From the NCBI GenBank assembly GCA_963794325.1, contig CAWCDG010000004.1:1376001-1440000 (forward strand): 64,000 bases of DNA, read 5' to 3'. Both the position numbers and the translations under genes were made by a program. This document shows positions 20,039 to 29,513 of this stretch, piece after piece. The notes under the pieces were generated by a model. The model was not told the DNA's origin. It saw only the letters and a list, made by a program, of their open reading frames with translations, and did not search any database. This stretch comes from an uncultured delta proteobacterium (GTDB lineage: Bacteria > Desulfobacterota > Binatia > Binatales > Binataceae). Positions within the stretch are counted from its first letter, which is position 1. Each line of letters opens with the position of its first letter.

Positions 20039-20093
20039 TTGACAAGTAAACGGTCATTTACTAACTTTGTTGTCTGGTAAACGGTCGTTTACC
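20039..20093 (+). promoter_or_regulatory. sigma70-like promoter with two palindromic TetR-type operators
   Basis: TTGACA(20039-44)-17 bp-TAACTT(20062-67); palindromes AGTAAACGGTCATTTACT (20045-62) and GGTAAACGGTCGTTTACC (20076-93). Confidence 0.8.
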
Positions 20094-20137
20094 TATAGAC
20101 CCGGGCTGCACTGAACTTCAGAAGTGAATCCATATAG

Positions 20138-21547
20138 ATGAAGGCGAATCATGCTGTTGTGATCGGCGGAGGCATCGGCGGGATGTGCGCGGCACGCCTG
20201 CTGTCCGATCACTTCGAGCGCGTTACCCTGATTGAGCGCGACGAGCTCCCCGAAGGCGCGGCGCATCGCAAGGGCGTGCCGCAGAGCCGTCACCCGCATG
20301 GACTACTCGATCGCGGACGTCGCGAATTGAGCGCGCTGTTTCCGGGTCTCGATGCTTCTATCCGTCAACGCGGCGGCCTCGATATGGACGCCGGGCTCGA
20401 GCTCGCCACCTTGAATCCTGAAGGATGGGCCACCCGTCGCCGCACCGGACATCAGATGTTGTTCGCGAGCCGTCTGCTGATCGAGTCGGTGATTCGCGAT
20501 CGTGTGAAGAACCTTCCTCGCGTCAAATTTGTCGAGGGCACCGAAGTCAATTCGCTGTTGTTCACGTCTGGTGATTCGCCGCGCGTGACGGGCGTCGAAG
20601 CCAGGAAGATTGCCGACGGCTCTTTGGATCGCATTGATGCTGACCTGGTGGTTGATTGCAGCGGCCGCAGTTCGCGCGCGTCGCAATGGCTGACCAGTCT
20701 TGGCTATCCCGAAGTCGAGCTCGAAGTGGTTGACGCGCAGGCCGGCTACAGCACTTGCTGGTACCAGGCGCCGCCGGCGAATCAGCGTCCCGCCAACTGG
20801 TGGTGGAAGGGAATCTTTCTGAGTCCATCCGCCAAGCCGACCCGCGACGAGGATTATTACGTCGCATTGATTCTGCCGATCGAAGGCGACCGCTTTCTGC
20901 TGACGCTGGCTTCGTGGGGCGACCGTCAGCTGCCCGCCGATCATGAATCGTTCGCGGCGCTATGCGGCAGGTTGCGCTCACCAATAGTGGCGGAGGCGCT
21001 CGCAATTTCGAAACCGATCTCGCCGATTTTCCATCGCAAGGGAATGCAGAATATCTGGAAGCATTTCGAAAAATGGCGCGGACCGGCCGGTTTCGTCGCG
21101 ATGGCCGACGCGGTCTGCGCGTTCAATCCGGTTTACGCGCAGGGCATGACCAGCGCCTCGGTATGTTCCCAGGTGCTCGGGACGCTGGTCGCCGAGATGG
21201 ATCCAACCGACGCGAATTTCCCGGCGGAGTTTTTCAAGCGTCAAGCTGAATTCGTGCGGCAGCCATGGAGTCTGTCGGTCGCGCGCGATCGGCAGGCCCT
21301 TGGACAATCGGATAGCTCCGACGGCGCGATGGCCGGTGAGGCGTGGGAACGCATTCTGCGAGAAGGAGCCGGCGTCCCGGTGATCGCGGAGGCGCTCTTC
21401 AACGTCATCAATCTCAACCGTCCGCCGGAATCGCTGGCGACCGATTCCGAATTTCTTGCCGCAGTGAACAAAATCATGCAGCAGCCTAAGCCTTCGATCG
21501 AAGCCGCGGATCTGCCGCCATATCCGCCGGCTGCGATTGCCGACTGA
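20138..21547 (+). CDS. FAD-dependent oxidoreductase/monooxygenase
   Basis: HAVVIGGGIGG, ERDELP...RKGVPQ..H.H, ADLVVDCSGRSS, DAVCAFNPVYAQGMT. Confidence 0.88.
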   Translation: MKANHAVVIGGGIGGMCAARLLSDHFERVTLIERDELPEGAAHRKGVPQSRHPHGLLDRGRRELSALFPGLDASIRQRGGLDMDAGLELATLNPEGWATRRRTGHQMLFASRLLIESVIRDRVKNLPRVKFVEGTEVNSLLFTSGDSPRVTGVEARKIADGSLDRIDADLVVDCSGRSSRASQWLTSLGYPEVELEVVDAQAGYSTCWYQAPPANQRPANWWWKGIFLSPSAKPTRDEDYYVALILPIEGDRFLLTLASWGDRQLPADHESFAALCGRLRSPIVAEALAISKPISPIFHRKGMQNIWKHFEKWRGPAGFVAMADAVCAFNPVYAQGMTSASVCSQVLGTLVAEMDPTDANFPAEFFKRQAEFVRQPWSLSVARDRQALGQSDSSDGAMAGEAWERILREGAGVPVIAEALFNVINLNRPPESLATDSEFLAAVNKIMQQPKPSIEAADLPPYPPAAIAD

Positions 21548-21572
21548 AAATAGAATTTCCATTGAGGTTCAT

Positions 21573-22754
21573 ATGACATCAGCTATTCGACCAAACCGCC
21601 TGCGCGCCGGAATCTTTCTCGCGCCGTTTCATCCTGTCGATGAAGACCCAACCCTCGCGATCCGGCGCGATATCGATCTGATCGAGCATCTCGATCGCAT
21701 CGGCTTCGACGAGGCATGGATCGGTGAGCATCATTCAGCCGGATACGAAATCATAGCGTCGCCGGAACTGATGATCGCCGCGGTTGCCGAGCGTACTCAA
21801 CGGATTCGGCTTGGTACCGGCGTTATCTCGCTGCCGTACCATCATCCGTTGATGGTCGCGAATCGTATCGTGCAACTCGATCACATGACGCGTGGACGAG
21901 CGATGTTCGGAATCGGGCCGGGCTTGCTGCCGTCGGACGCGGAGATGTTGGGGGTGCCGGTCTCGAAGCAGCGCGACCGGATGGCCGAGTCGCTCGACGT
22001 CATTCTGAGGCTGATCGCCGGTGAGACTGTGACCGAGAAAACCGAATGGTACACGCTGAAGGAAGCGCGCTGTCAGCTCCTTCCTTATACGCGTCCCCGC
22101 CCGGAGTTTGCGGTCGCGAGCACTTTCACGCCGTCGGGCGGTAAGCTGGCCGGACGCTATGCGGCCGGGATGCTATGCGTGGCAGCCTCGCAACAGGCGG
22201 GCTATGACGTGCTCGGCACTAACTGGCAGATAGCCTGTGACATCGCGCGTGAAAATGGGCGCACGATGGATCGCTCGGTGCTCCGGCTGGTCGCGCCGAT
22301 GCATATCGCCGAGAGCCGCGATCAGGCGATGCGCGAAATCAAGTACGGACTGGACAAGTGGCTCGCATATTTTACCGCGATCAATCCAACCGCCACTGGC
22401 GACGACCTGGGTGCGAAGAGTCCGGCCGATGCGATGGTCGAGTCGGGGCGCGCGGTTATCGGCACGCCGGACGATGCGATCGCGATGCTCGAGCGGTTGG
22501 AGAAACAGTCGGGCGGGTTCGGCTGCATCCTCATGCTCGCTCATAACTGGGCAAACTTCGACGCGACGAAGCGATCCTATGAACTGTTCGCGCGGCATGT
22601 CCTGCCGCATTTCAACGGATCCAATATCGCGCGCGACGCTTCGCTGAATTGGGTCCGCGACAACGGCAAGGAACTGATGGGCAAAGCGATGTCCGCCGCC
22701 GCCGAGACAGTGCAAAAGCATTTTGCAGAGGTCGCCGCGAAGCAGAAGAATTAG
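21573..22754 (+). CDS. luciferase-like (LLM) flavin monooxygenase, limonene 1,2-monooxygenase-like
   Basis: GIFLAPFHP, GFDEAWIGEHHSAG.E.IASPE, LGTGVISLPYHHP, LDHMTRGRAMFG.GPG.LPSDA. Confidence 0.88.
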   Translation: MTSAIRPNRLRAGIFLAPFHPVDEDPTLAIRRDIDLIEHLDRIGFDEAWIGEHHSAGYEIIASPELMIAAVAERTQRIRLGTGVISLPYHHPLMVANRIVQLDHMTRGRAMFGIGPGLLPSDAEMLGVPVSKQRDRMAESLDVILRLIAGETVTEKTEWYTLKEARCQLLPYTRPRPEFAVASTFTPSGGKLAGRYAAGMLCVAASQQAGYDVLGTNWQIACDIARENGRTMDRSVLRLVAPMHIAESRDQAMREIKYGLDKWLAYFTAINPTATGDDLGAKSPADAMVESGRAVIGTPDDAIAMLERLEKQSGGFGCILMLAHNWANFDATKRSYELFARHVLPHFNGSNIARDASLNWVRDNGKELMGKAMSAAAETVQKHFAEVAAKQKN

Positions 22755-22823
22755 TCACTTACTATTTGAATAGATGGTCTCTAAAAGGTCCCTTGCCTTC
22801 CCGCCGCTGGGATGATGCGAAAG

Positions 22824-22862
22824 AACCTAACCCCTAACCCCTTCCCGAGCGGGAAGGGGAAC
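22824..22862. repeat. 39-bp REP-like element AACCTAACCCCTAACCCCTTCCCGAGCGGGAAGGGGAAC, copy 1
   Basis: identical to 46582-46620 and 50592-50630; contains hairpin CCCCTTCCC-GAGC-GGGAAGGGG. Confidence 0.9.
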
Positions 22863-22869
22863 TGGATTT

Positions 22870-23487
22870 TTAGGGCGAAATAATCCGGCGGAACGTCAAG
22901 TTAATCCGTGGCCCGCATGGACGCGACTCCTTCGCGATTCCATGAGTCCAATATCGCTGAGTCTCACCCTTCATCAGCAGAAGACTCCCCGACGCAAGTC
23001 TCACGCGGACAGGTTTGAGAAGCTTATTTATCTTATGCTTTGTAACAAACGTACGCTCTTCACCAAGACTTAGCGACGCGATTGTAGGTCTCACGCCTAG
23101 CTCTGGTTCATTATCGCTATGGAACCCCATGCTGTCTCGATTGTCGCGGTAATAGTTGAGCAGCACGCTGTTGAAGGATGCCGCGGTTACAGCTTCCACC
23201 CGCCTCTTTATGTCGAGCAATAGATCCGACCATGGCATAGGACTCAGGGTAATGCCTGAGTAGGTATAGTCGGCGTCTCGATCTCCATACCATGCAGTTA
23301 GGCGGGGCTGCGGATGGATTTTGCCCCACACCAGAATATTTTCCTGGCGCCACGGTATCTCGGCGATCATCTGATCCAGAATCGCATCATCATCGCGCCC
23401 CAGCTCGAGGTGGCCCAGGTAGTATACTTCCGCGTCCGCGATCGGAATTCGTTCGAGACGATCTGTCGCTTCAAACAGGTTCGGCAT
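22870..23487 (-). CDS. AlkB-family 2OG-Fe(II) dioxygenase (ALKBH2/3-like)
   Basis: QPRLTAWYGD, FNSVLLNYYRD..DSMGFHSD.E, IASLSLG..R.F, W.H.I, RINLTFR. Confidence 0.9.
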   Translation of the reverse strand: MPNLFEATDRLERIPIADAEVYYLGHLELGRDDDAILDQMIAEIPWRQENILVWGKIHPQPRLTAWYGDRDADYTYSGITLSPMPWSDLLLDIKRRVEAVTAASFNSVLLNYYRDNRDSMGFHSDNEPELGVRPTIASLSLGEERTFVTKHKINKLLKPVRVRLASGSLLLMKGETQRYWTHGIAKESRPCGPRINLTFRRIISP

Positions 23488-23609
23488 TGGCTTCCTCAGC
23501 GACAATTAGCGACCGCGTTCATAGTATCCGAAAGACGTCCCAATATGGATCGTTGCCTCCCGTCAAGCGCATGGTGTAAAAGCTCTGTGGGGAATCGGGG
23601 AGTACAAAT

Positions 23610-23759
23610 ATGAGTGATTGGAAGAAGCCAGAGTTCGTGGAGATCCGGATGGACGCGGAAATCAACTGCTACAGCTCTGCGCTCGCCGACGATCCCCGGC
23701 GAGTGCTGAAGCAGCCGGTGGTTCGCGACGACGGGTCGGAAACCAGCCAGGAATCCTAA
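23610..23759 (+). CDS. pqqA: PQQ precursor peptide PqqA (49 aa; not in ORF track)
   Basis: MSDWKKPEFVEIRMDAEINCYSSAL... has W.KP.F and the E-x3-Y motif; GGGGAG RBS; lies directly upstream of pqqB. Confidence 0.9.
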   Translation: MSDWKKPEFVEIRMDAEINCYSSALADDPRRVLKQPVVRDDGSETSQES

Positions 23760-23771
23760 GACCCGGCCGTC

Positions 23772-24671
23772 GTGCGGGTCCATATCCTTGGTTCCGCTGC
23801 CGGAGGTGGGTTCCCGCAGTGGAACTGCAACTGCGTGAATTGTCGCGGGCTGCGGACTGGGTCGATTCGCGCGAAGGCGCGGACCCAATGCTCGGTCGCG
23901 GTCAGCGCGGACGGCTCGCGATGGGCGCTCCTGAACGCGAGCCCCGATCTTCGCACGCAATTTTTTTCATTTCCCGAACTACAGCCAAAGGGCAACGTCA
24001 GAGAATCGCCGATCGAAGCAGTCCTGCTTTCCGACGCCGAGCTTGATCACATTACGGGCCTGCTCTCTTTGCGCGAATCGCAGCCGATCCGGTTGTATTG
24101 CACCCCACAAGTTTTCGATTGGGTGTTCGCATCGAACCCAATTTTCAGCGCGTTGATTCGGTCCGAAAGATTCACAGTGATGCAGGTTGAAGATCGCAAA
24201 GTCGAGGCCCTCGGAGGCGGTCTCGGCTTCGAGGCGATCTCAGTGACCGGCAAAGTTCCGACCTATGTGACAAATCCGCCAACCAATTGCACCGGCGCCG
24301 TTGTCGCATACAAGCTCATCGATTCTCGCGCCGGCTCGTCGCTTCTTTATGTGCCGGCGATCAAAGAGGTCCACGAGGCGGCTCTCGCTGCCGCCGCCGA
24401 TTGCGACTGTCTTATGTTCGACGGCAGCTTCTGGACAGACGACGAAATGGAGCTCCGTGGAACCGGTGCGCGGACCGCCTTGTCGATGGGGCACATACCC
24501 ATTTCTGGACCCCATGGCAGCCTCGCGCGGCTCAGCGATCTTCGAATCAGAAAAATCTATACTCACATCAACAACACCAATCCGATCCTTGATGAAAATT
24601 CGCCGGAACGCCGCGAGGTCGAAAGCGCAGGATGGGAGATCGCTGAAGACGGCATGGATTTTACAGTCTGA
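23772..24671 (+). CDS. pqqB: PQQ biosynthesis protein B
   Basis: LGSAAGGGFPQWNCNC..C, RTQ.S.AVS, LNASPDLR, LRE, MGH, HINNTNPIL. Confidence 0.95.
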   Translation: MRVHILGSAAGGGFPQWNCNCVNCRGLRTGSIRAKARTQCSVAVSADGSRWALLNASPDLRTQFFSFPELQPKGNVRESPIEAVLLSDAELDHITGLLSLRESQPIRLYCTPQVFDWVFASNPIFSALIRSERFTVMQVEDRKVEALGGGLGFEAISVTGKVPTYVTNPPTNCTGAVVAYKLIDSRAGSSLLYVPAIKEVHEAALAAAADCDCLMFDGSFWTDDEMELRGTGARTALSMGHIPISGPHGSLARLSDLRIRKIYTHINNTNPILDENSPERREVESAGWEIAEDGMDFTV

Positions 24672-24689
24672 CAATCATGTGTGAACGAT

Positions 24690-25430
24690 ATGGCAGAGGG
24701 TAAACCCGACTCCCCTGAAAAATTTGTCGCGCGGCTGCGGGCGATCGGCGAAGCGGCCTATCACGACAAGCACCCGTTTCACATTCTGATGCATCAGGGG
24801 AAACTGACCAAGCGCCAAATTCAGGCGTGGATCGAAAATCGTTTTTACTATCAGTGGACGATTCCCAAAAAGGACGCGCTGATCCTGGCCAAGGCGGACG
24901 ACCCGGAATTCCGCCGCGCATGGATCACTCGAATTATCGATCACGATGGGACGGCTGACGGCGAAGGCGGAATTCGCAAGTGGTACAAATTGTCGGAGGC
25001 TGCGGGGCTCGACGTTACCGACGTCGCGAGTTTGCGCTACGTGCTGCCGGGTGTGCGATTCGCGGTGGACGCGTACCTGCATCTGTGCGCATTGCGTCCG
25101 CTTACCGAGGCCGTTGCGTCGTCGCTGACCGAATTGTTCGCGCCCACGCTCATGGCGGATCGGATCGCGGTGCTCGAGAAACTCTATCCGTGGCTGGACA
25201 GCCGCGGCCTGGAATATTTTCGCGGACGCCTCGTGCAGGCGCCGCGCGACTCGGACTACGGCCTGCAATACGTCGTCGCGCACTGCACCACTCGCGAGTC
25301 GCAGGATCGCGCCGCCGACGCGCTCACGCTCAAGTGCCACATTCTGTGGGGTCTCCTCGACGCCATCCACTACGCATACGTTTCGCCCGGATATTTACCG
25401 CCGCTATGGCACGACACGCGGAAACTTTGA
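24690..25430 (+). CDS. pqqC: pyrroloquinoline-quinone synthase
   Basis: YHDKHPFH, NRFYYQ..IP.KDA, RIIDHDG, RFAVDAY, ASSLTELFAP, KC.ILW..LDA. Confidence 0.95.
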   Translation: MAEGKPDSPEKFVARLRAIGEAAYHDKHPFHILMHQGKLTKRQIQAWIENRFYYQWTIPKKDALILAKADDPEFRRAWITRIIDHDGTADGEGGIRKWYKLSEAAGLDVTDVASLRYVLPGVRFAVDAYLHLCALRPLTEAVASSLTELFAPTLMADRIAVLEKLYPWLDSRGLEYFRGRLVQAPRDSDYGLQYVVAHCTTRESQDRAADALTLKCHILWGLLDAIHYAYVSPGYLPPLWHDTRKL

Positions 25431-25705
25431 TGAGCGCCGATGAGGTATGGCGGCCGCGATTGGCCTCGCGTGCGCGGCTCAAGTTCGATCCCATCGCCAA
25501 ACAGGAAATGCTTCTGTTTCCCGAAGCGGCGCTGGCGCTCAACGAAACCGGCGCCGCGATTGTGCGGCTGTGCGATGGCACTCGTTCGGTAAACGAAATC
25601 GTCGATCAGTTGTCGAAAATATATCGCGACGCGGACCGCGATGCGCTCATGCGCGAAGTGATGGACTTTCTCGAAACGATTCGCGCGCGCAGGTTGCTCC
25701 AATGA
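25430..25705 (+). CDS. pqqD: PqqA-binding chaperone PqqD
   Basis: RPRL....RL.FD....MLLFPE.AL.LNETGAAIVRLCDG. Confidence 0.92.
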   Translation: MSADEVWRPRLASRARLKFDPIAKQEMLLFPEAALALNETGAAIVRLCDGTRSVNEIVDQLSKIYRDADRDALMREVMDFLETIRARRLLQ

Positions 25706-26790
25706 CTCCGGCGCCGCGCCCCTACACTCTCGTCGCGGAGCTGACCTATCGATGCCCGCTGCGATGCGTGTACTGTTCCAATCCCGTCGATTTCCATCGC
25801 TCGCGTAACGAACTATCGACCGCCGAGTGGCGGCGGACTTTTTCGCAAGCCGCCGAACTTGGCGTCATGCAGTTGCATCTCTCGGGCGGCGAGCCCGTGC
25901 TGCGCGCCGATCTTGTCGAATTGATTCAGCACGCGCGCGCGAATGATCTCTATACCAACCTGATAACCGGAGGGACGCTGCTCGACGAACCCAAGCTGCG
26001 GTGCTTTCGCAAGGCGGGTCTCGACCATATTCAACTGAGTATCCAGGGCGCCGCGCGCGCAAGCGCCGAGATAATCGCCGGAGTCCGCTCGCATCAAAAG
26101 AAACTCGAGGTCGCAGAGCTCATTCGCAAAGTCGGATTTCCGCTGACCCTCAACGTCGTGATCCATCGGCTGAACATTGCCGAGCTGCCCGAACTCATCG
26201 CGCTCGCACTGGAGCTGGGCAGTGATCGTCTTGAGCTGGCCAATACCCAATTCTATGCGTGGGCAGCTGAGAATCGTCGAGCACTGATGCCGACGCGCGA
26301 GCAATACGATCGCGCAGAGGAAATCGCGCGTGAGGCGATCGTGAAATATCGCGGCACGCTCGAAATCGCTTTCGTGCAGAACGACTATCTCTCGGGCGAG
26401 CCCAAGCCATGCATGGGCGGATGGGGCCGCAGCTACATGTGCATCAATCCGGCCGGCGAAGTGATGCCGTGTCACGCCGCCTCAGTGATTCCGGGACTGC
26501 GCTTCGAATCGGTGCGCGAAAGTACCTTGGAAAAGATCTGGCGCGATTCGCCTGCTATGAATGCGTTTCGCGGCGACGACTGGATGATGGAACCGTGCCG
26601 CAGTTGCGTCCGCAAGGAAATCGATTTCGGCGGATGCCGATGCCAGGCCTTCATGCTGGCCGGAAACGCCGCCGAGGCCGACCCGATCTGCCGCCTGTCA
26701 CCGCATCACGGAATCGTCGAGTCGATGCGAAATGAATCCGGATCAAACGCGACTCTGATTTATCGAGAGGTGAAGACCACGCGACCTTAG
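25702..26790 (+). CDS. pqqE: PqqA peptide cyclase (radical SAM/SPASM)
   Basis: AELTYRCPLRCVYCSNP, SGGEP, LELAN.Q.Y.WA, PK.CMGGWG, PCH, C.SC....DFGGCRCQA; ATG 25702 overlaps the pqqD stop. Confidence 0.95.
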   Translation: MTPAPRPYTLVAELTYRCPLRCVYCSNPVDFHRSRNELSTAEWRRTFSQAAELGVMQLHLSGGEPVLRADLVELIQHARANDLYTNLITGGTLLDEPKLRCFRKAGLDHIQLSIQGAARASAEIIAGVRSHQKKLEVAELIRKVGFPLTLNVVIHRLNIAELPELIALALELGSDRLELANTQFYAWAAENRRALMPTREQYDRAEEIAREAIVKYRGTLEIAFVQNDYLSGEPKPCMGGWGRSYMCINPAGEVMPCHAASVIPGLRFESVRESTLEKIWRDSPAMNAFRGDDWMMEPCRSCVRKEIDFGGCRCQAFMLAGNAAEADPICRLSPHHGIVESMRNESGSNATLIYREVKTTRP

Positions 26791-28199
26791 CGCCACGCCG
26801 GAGGATCGCTGCCGAGCGGCGCGGGCGGGAGATCCCATCGCGGCGGCGTTTCCGACATCCGCGCGATCGGACCGAGACGCGTCAGAGGTCCCCAGGCGGT
26901 ATCCATCTCGATGATCCACGGAGCGATCGACGCGATGTCGAATCCGCCCGGCTTGTCATCCGATGCAGTGCGCGGCAACGACATGATCCACATCGCCGTG
27001 CGCGCCAGCGATACCCGGACGTGCCAACTGCCGCCTTCAGTAGCGCGCCGCGCGAGCGCGCCCATCACGCCGAGCGCTCCGAGATAGCCGGTCGTATAGT
27101 CGTTGATCGCGGCGGGCACCAGTGCGGGATGCTCGTCGCCGGCGTGCTCGAGCGCCATGCCTGTGACGGTCTGCGCGAGTTGTTCCCATCCGGGACGGCC
27201 CGCAAACGGACCTTCGTGTCCGTAGCAGTCGATCGATACCGCGATGATGCCGGGCCGCATCTGCGCCAATTCTTTCGGGCCAAAGCCGCGCCGCGCGAGA
27301 GCGCCGGGACGATATCCTTGCGAGAATACGTGCGCATCGCGCACCAGCGCGCGCAATCGCTCAATGTCTTCGTTGCGATCGAGATCGAGAAAGCATGAAC
27401 GCTTGCCGGGATTGGTGTCGATGACGAAAGGCTCGATTGACGGGAGCTTGGGACTTCGCACGTGCAGTACTTCGGCGCCGTGCTCCGCCAGGGTTCGCGC
27501 GCAAGTCGGTCCGGCCAGCACGCGGGTGAGATCGAGAACGCGCACGCCTGAAAGCGGGCGAGCACCACGCTCGTCACTGCGCGGTCCGGGGAGTGGCTCA
27601 CGGTCGGCGTCGCCGAGGCGAATAATCTCGACCAGCGGTACTCGCGCGAGCGCGATGCCCTGCGGATGCGCGCGCCATTCGTCGGCGCTGCGTAACTTCG
27701 CACCACATACGCCACGGTCGGCGAGCGCATCTTCGAGCGGCTGCGCGTCCCACGATGCGACGGCATTTGCGATCGCGCCGGCGTCATCGTCGCATTTCAA
27801 AAGCGCGAGCGTGCCTTCGCGCGAACTGAATCCGCCATGCAGATGTATCCATCGCCCATCGCGCGCTCGATAAAGCGCGGTCGTCGGCTGCGGGCTCCGG
27901 TCGAACGAACTGCCCGAACATCGTTGGTAGAGGAACGACACGAGCGACGCCGCCGCGGCGCGCACGTCCACCTCGATACGCTGCGGACGCCCGCCGCGCG
28001 CGCACCACAAGTCGGCTGCGGCGGTCGCATTCGCAGCGAGCACCGCGGCGGCAGCTTCGCCGGCGCGAAATCGAGTGGCGATAATCGGATCGTGTCCGAT
28101 GATTCGAAGTTCGTGTTTATTCGAGATGTTCGCCCGTCCAAGCGAGGCAAGCAGATCGCGCGTCCACGCGAGAGGTTCTACCGCTGAAGAGGTTGCCAC
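26787..28199 (-). CDS. CaiB/BaiF family III CoA transferase (two-domain type)
   Basis: PLSGVRVLDLTRVLAGP..ARTLAEHGAEV, GKRS..LDL, FSQGYRPG, DY.TGYL. Confidence 0.9.
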   Translation of the reverse strand: MATSSAVEPLAWTRDLLASLGRANISNKHELRIIGHDPIIATRFRAGEAAAAVLAANATAAADLWCARGGRPQRIEVDVRAAAASLVSFLYQRCSGSSFDRSPQPTTALYRARDGRWIHLHGGFSSREGTLALLKCDDDAGAIANAVASWDAQPLEDALADRGVCGAKLRSADEWRAHPQGIALARVPLVEIIRLGDADREPLPGPRSDERGARPLSGVRVLDLTRVLAGPTCARTLAEHGAEVLHVRSPKLPSIEPFVIDTNPGKRSCFLDLDRNEDIERLRALVRDAHVFSQGYRPGALARRGFGPKELAQMRPGIIAVSIDCYGHEGPFAGRPGWEQLAQTVTGMALEHAGDEHPALVPAAINDYTTGYLGALGVMGALARRATEGGSWHVRVSLARTAMWIMSLPRTASDDKPGGFDIASIAPWIIEMDTAWGPLTRLGPIARMSETPPRWDLPPAPLGSDPPAWR

Positions 28200-28312
28200 G
28201 CGCCGAAGTTAGCATTCGATCGAACGGATCGGGAAACTGTTGCCGACTCCGATTTCGGGAAGTTTGCCGAATGCCGGCACACCGTGATTGAATCCGGTTC
28301 GAGGACGGCATC

Positions 28313-29198
28313 ATGAAATCGGAAATCGAATTGCGCGACCACGTGTTCGTCGGTCCGTTGCGGCGATCGGTTAATAACGCCAGCAGAGTAGTGGGGAGCA
28401 TCCACGACGATGCGACGGCGACCAAGCTCGGGTTTCGTGGCGGCACGGTTGCCGGATCGATCCATCTGGAGTTGTTTCCGCCGCTCATGCTGAAAGCGTT
28501 CGGCAAGCGATGGTTTGAGCGTGGCAACTATCTCGATGTACTTCCTCAACGCGACGACTGACCGCGAGGCGGTGCGCGCGTTCGTCAAAGAGCCGCATCC
28601 CGATGCGACTAACGCGCAGGTCGAGATCTGGATCGAGCGCGATGATGGGATGCGCGTCGCGGAAGGCACTGCTTCGGTCGGAAGTCCCGAGGAGCCGAGC
28701 GCGCTGCTGCGGCGTCCACTCGATCGATTCGACCCTGGTGAGTTGCGGATTCTCGGCGGGTTTAAGGTTGACGATCAGTTCGAAGAGTGCGACGCGTTCC
28801 TGACGAAAGACGCGATGGCCGAGCGGATGAAGGTCATCACCGAGCCGATGGAGTGGTACGCGAAGCCTTCGCCGTGGGGTGGCTCGATCGCAACTCCGGC
28901 CGCGATGGTGCAACTACTCTACTCACAATCGATAGCAACTCTTCGCGGGAAGCTAGGTCAGGCGGTAGGACTGTTCGGCGCGATCGAGCTGCGAAATATC
29001 AACGGTCCGGTCTTCGCCGAACATCCGTATCGCGTAGGCGGGAGTATCGTGGCGCTGGGTCAGAGTCCCAAGACTGAATATATGTGGTTCGAGACGGCGC
29101 TGAATGAGAACGACGGCAAGCGAATCGCCGAGATGAGAATGCTGCTGCGCTTCATGAAGGCGTCGTCACCGAAGTACAACGACGCGCCCGCGAACTGA
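28313..29198 (+). pseudogene. double hot-dog-fold (MaoC-like) hypothetical protein with a single frameshift near 28526
   Basis: GSIHDDATATKLGFRGGTVAGSIHL in ORF 28313-28561 continues as ISMYFLNATTD in ORF 28515-29198 if one A of GGCAACT is removed. Confidence 0.65.
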
Positions 29199-29227
29199 TC
29201 GAGGGAAGGGTAAATCGCTTGATTTAA

Positions 29228-29280
29228 TGCGGAACCCGCCATGGGTTCCGCACCTCCTTGGGCAGGGGTGACCCCTGCAC
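29228..29280. repeat. double-hairpin element, copy 1 (related to 47631-47680)
   Basis: TGCGGAACCC-GCCAT-GGGTTCCGCA and GCAGGGG-TGA-CCCCTGC. Confidence 0.7.
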
Positions 29281-29513
29281 CCGGTAATAATCGCAAAATG
29301 GCGAGGACGCCATTTTGCTCTCAGGTTCTTTTGGGGGTGGGCGGCGGGAATTTACCTCGCCCGTTCCTTTACGGGAGAGGCGGCCAGCGGGCGCAGCCGC
29401 CGGTAGGTGAGGGTTCTGGGCCAGATCACAAAACCTGGCCGACTCAGTTTTTGTGTCATTCAGATCTGAATGACGCGGGGACAGGGAGAGGGGGGAGACA
29501 CGCGTAGGATTTC

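Noticed and set aside
29228-29280. Double hairpin as a c-di-GMP riboswitch
   Set aside because: Lacks the GGCAAAC/GNRA-receptor features of class I and the pseudoknot pattern of class II; kept as a generic repeat.
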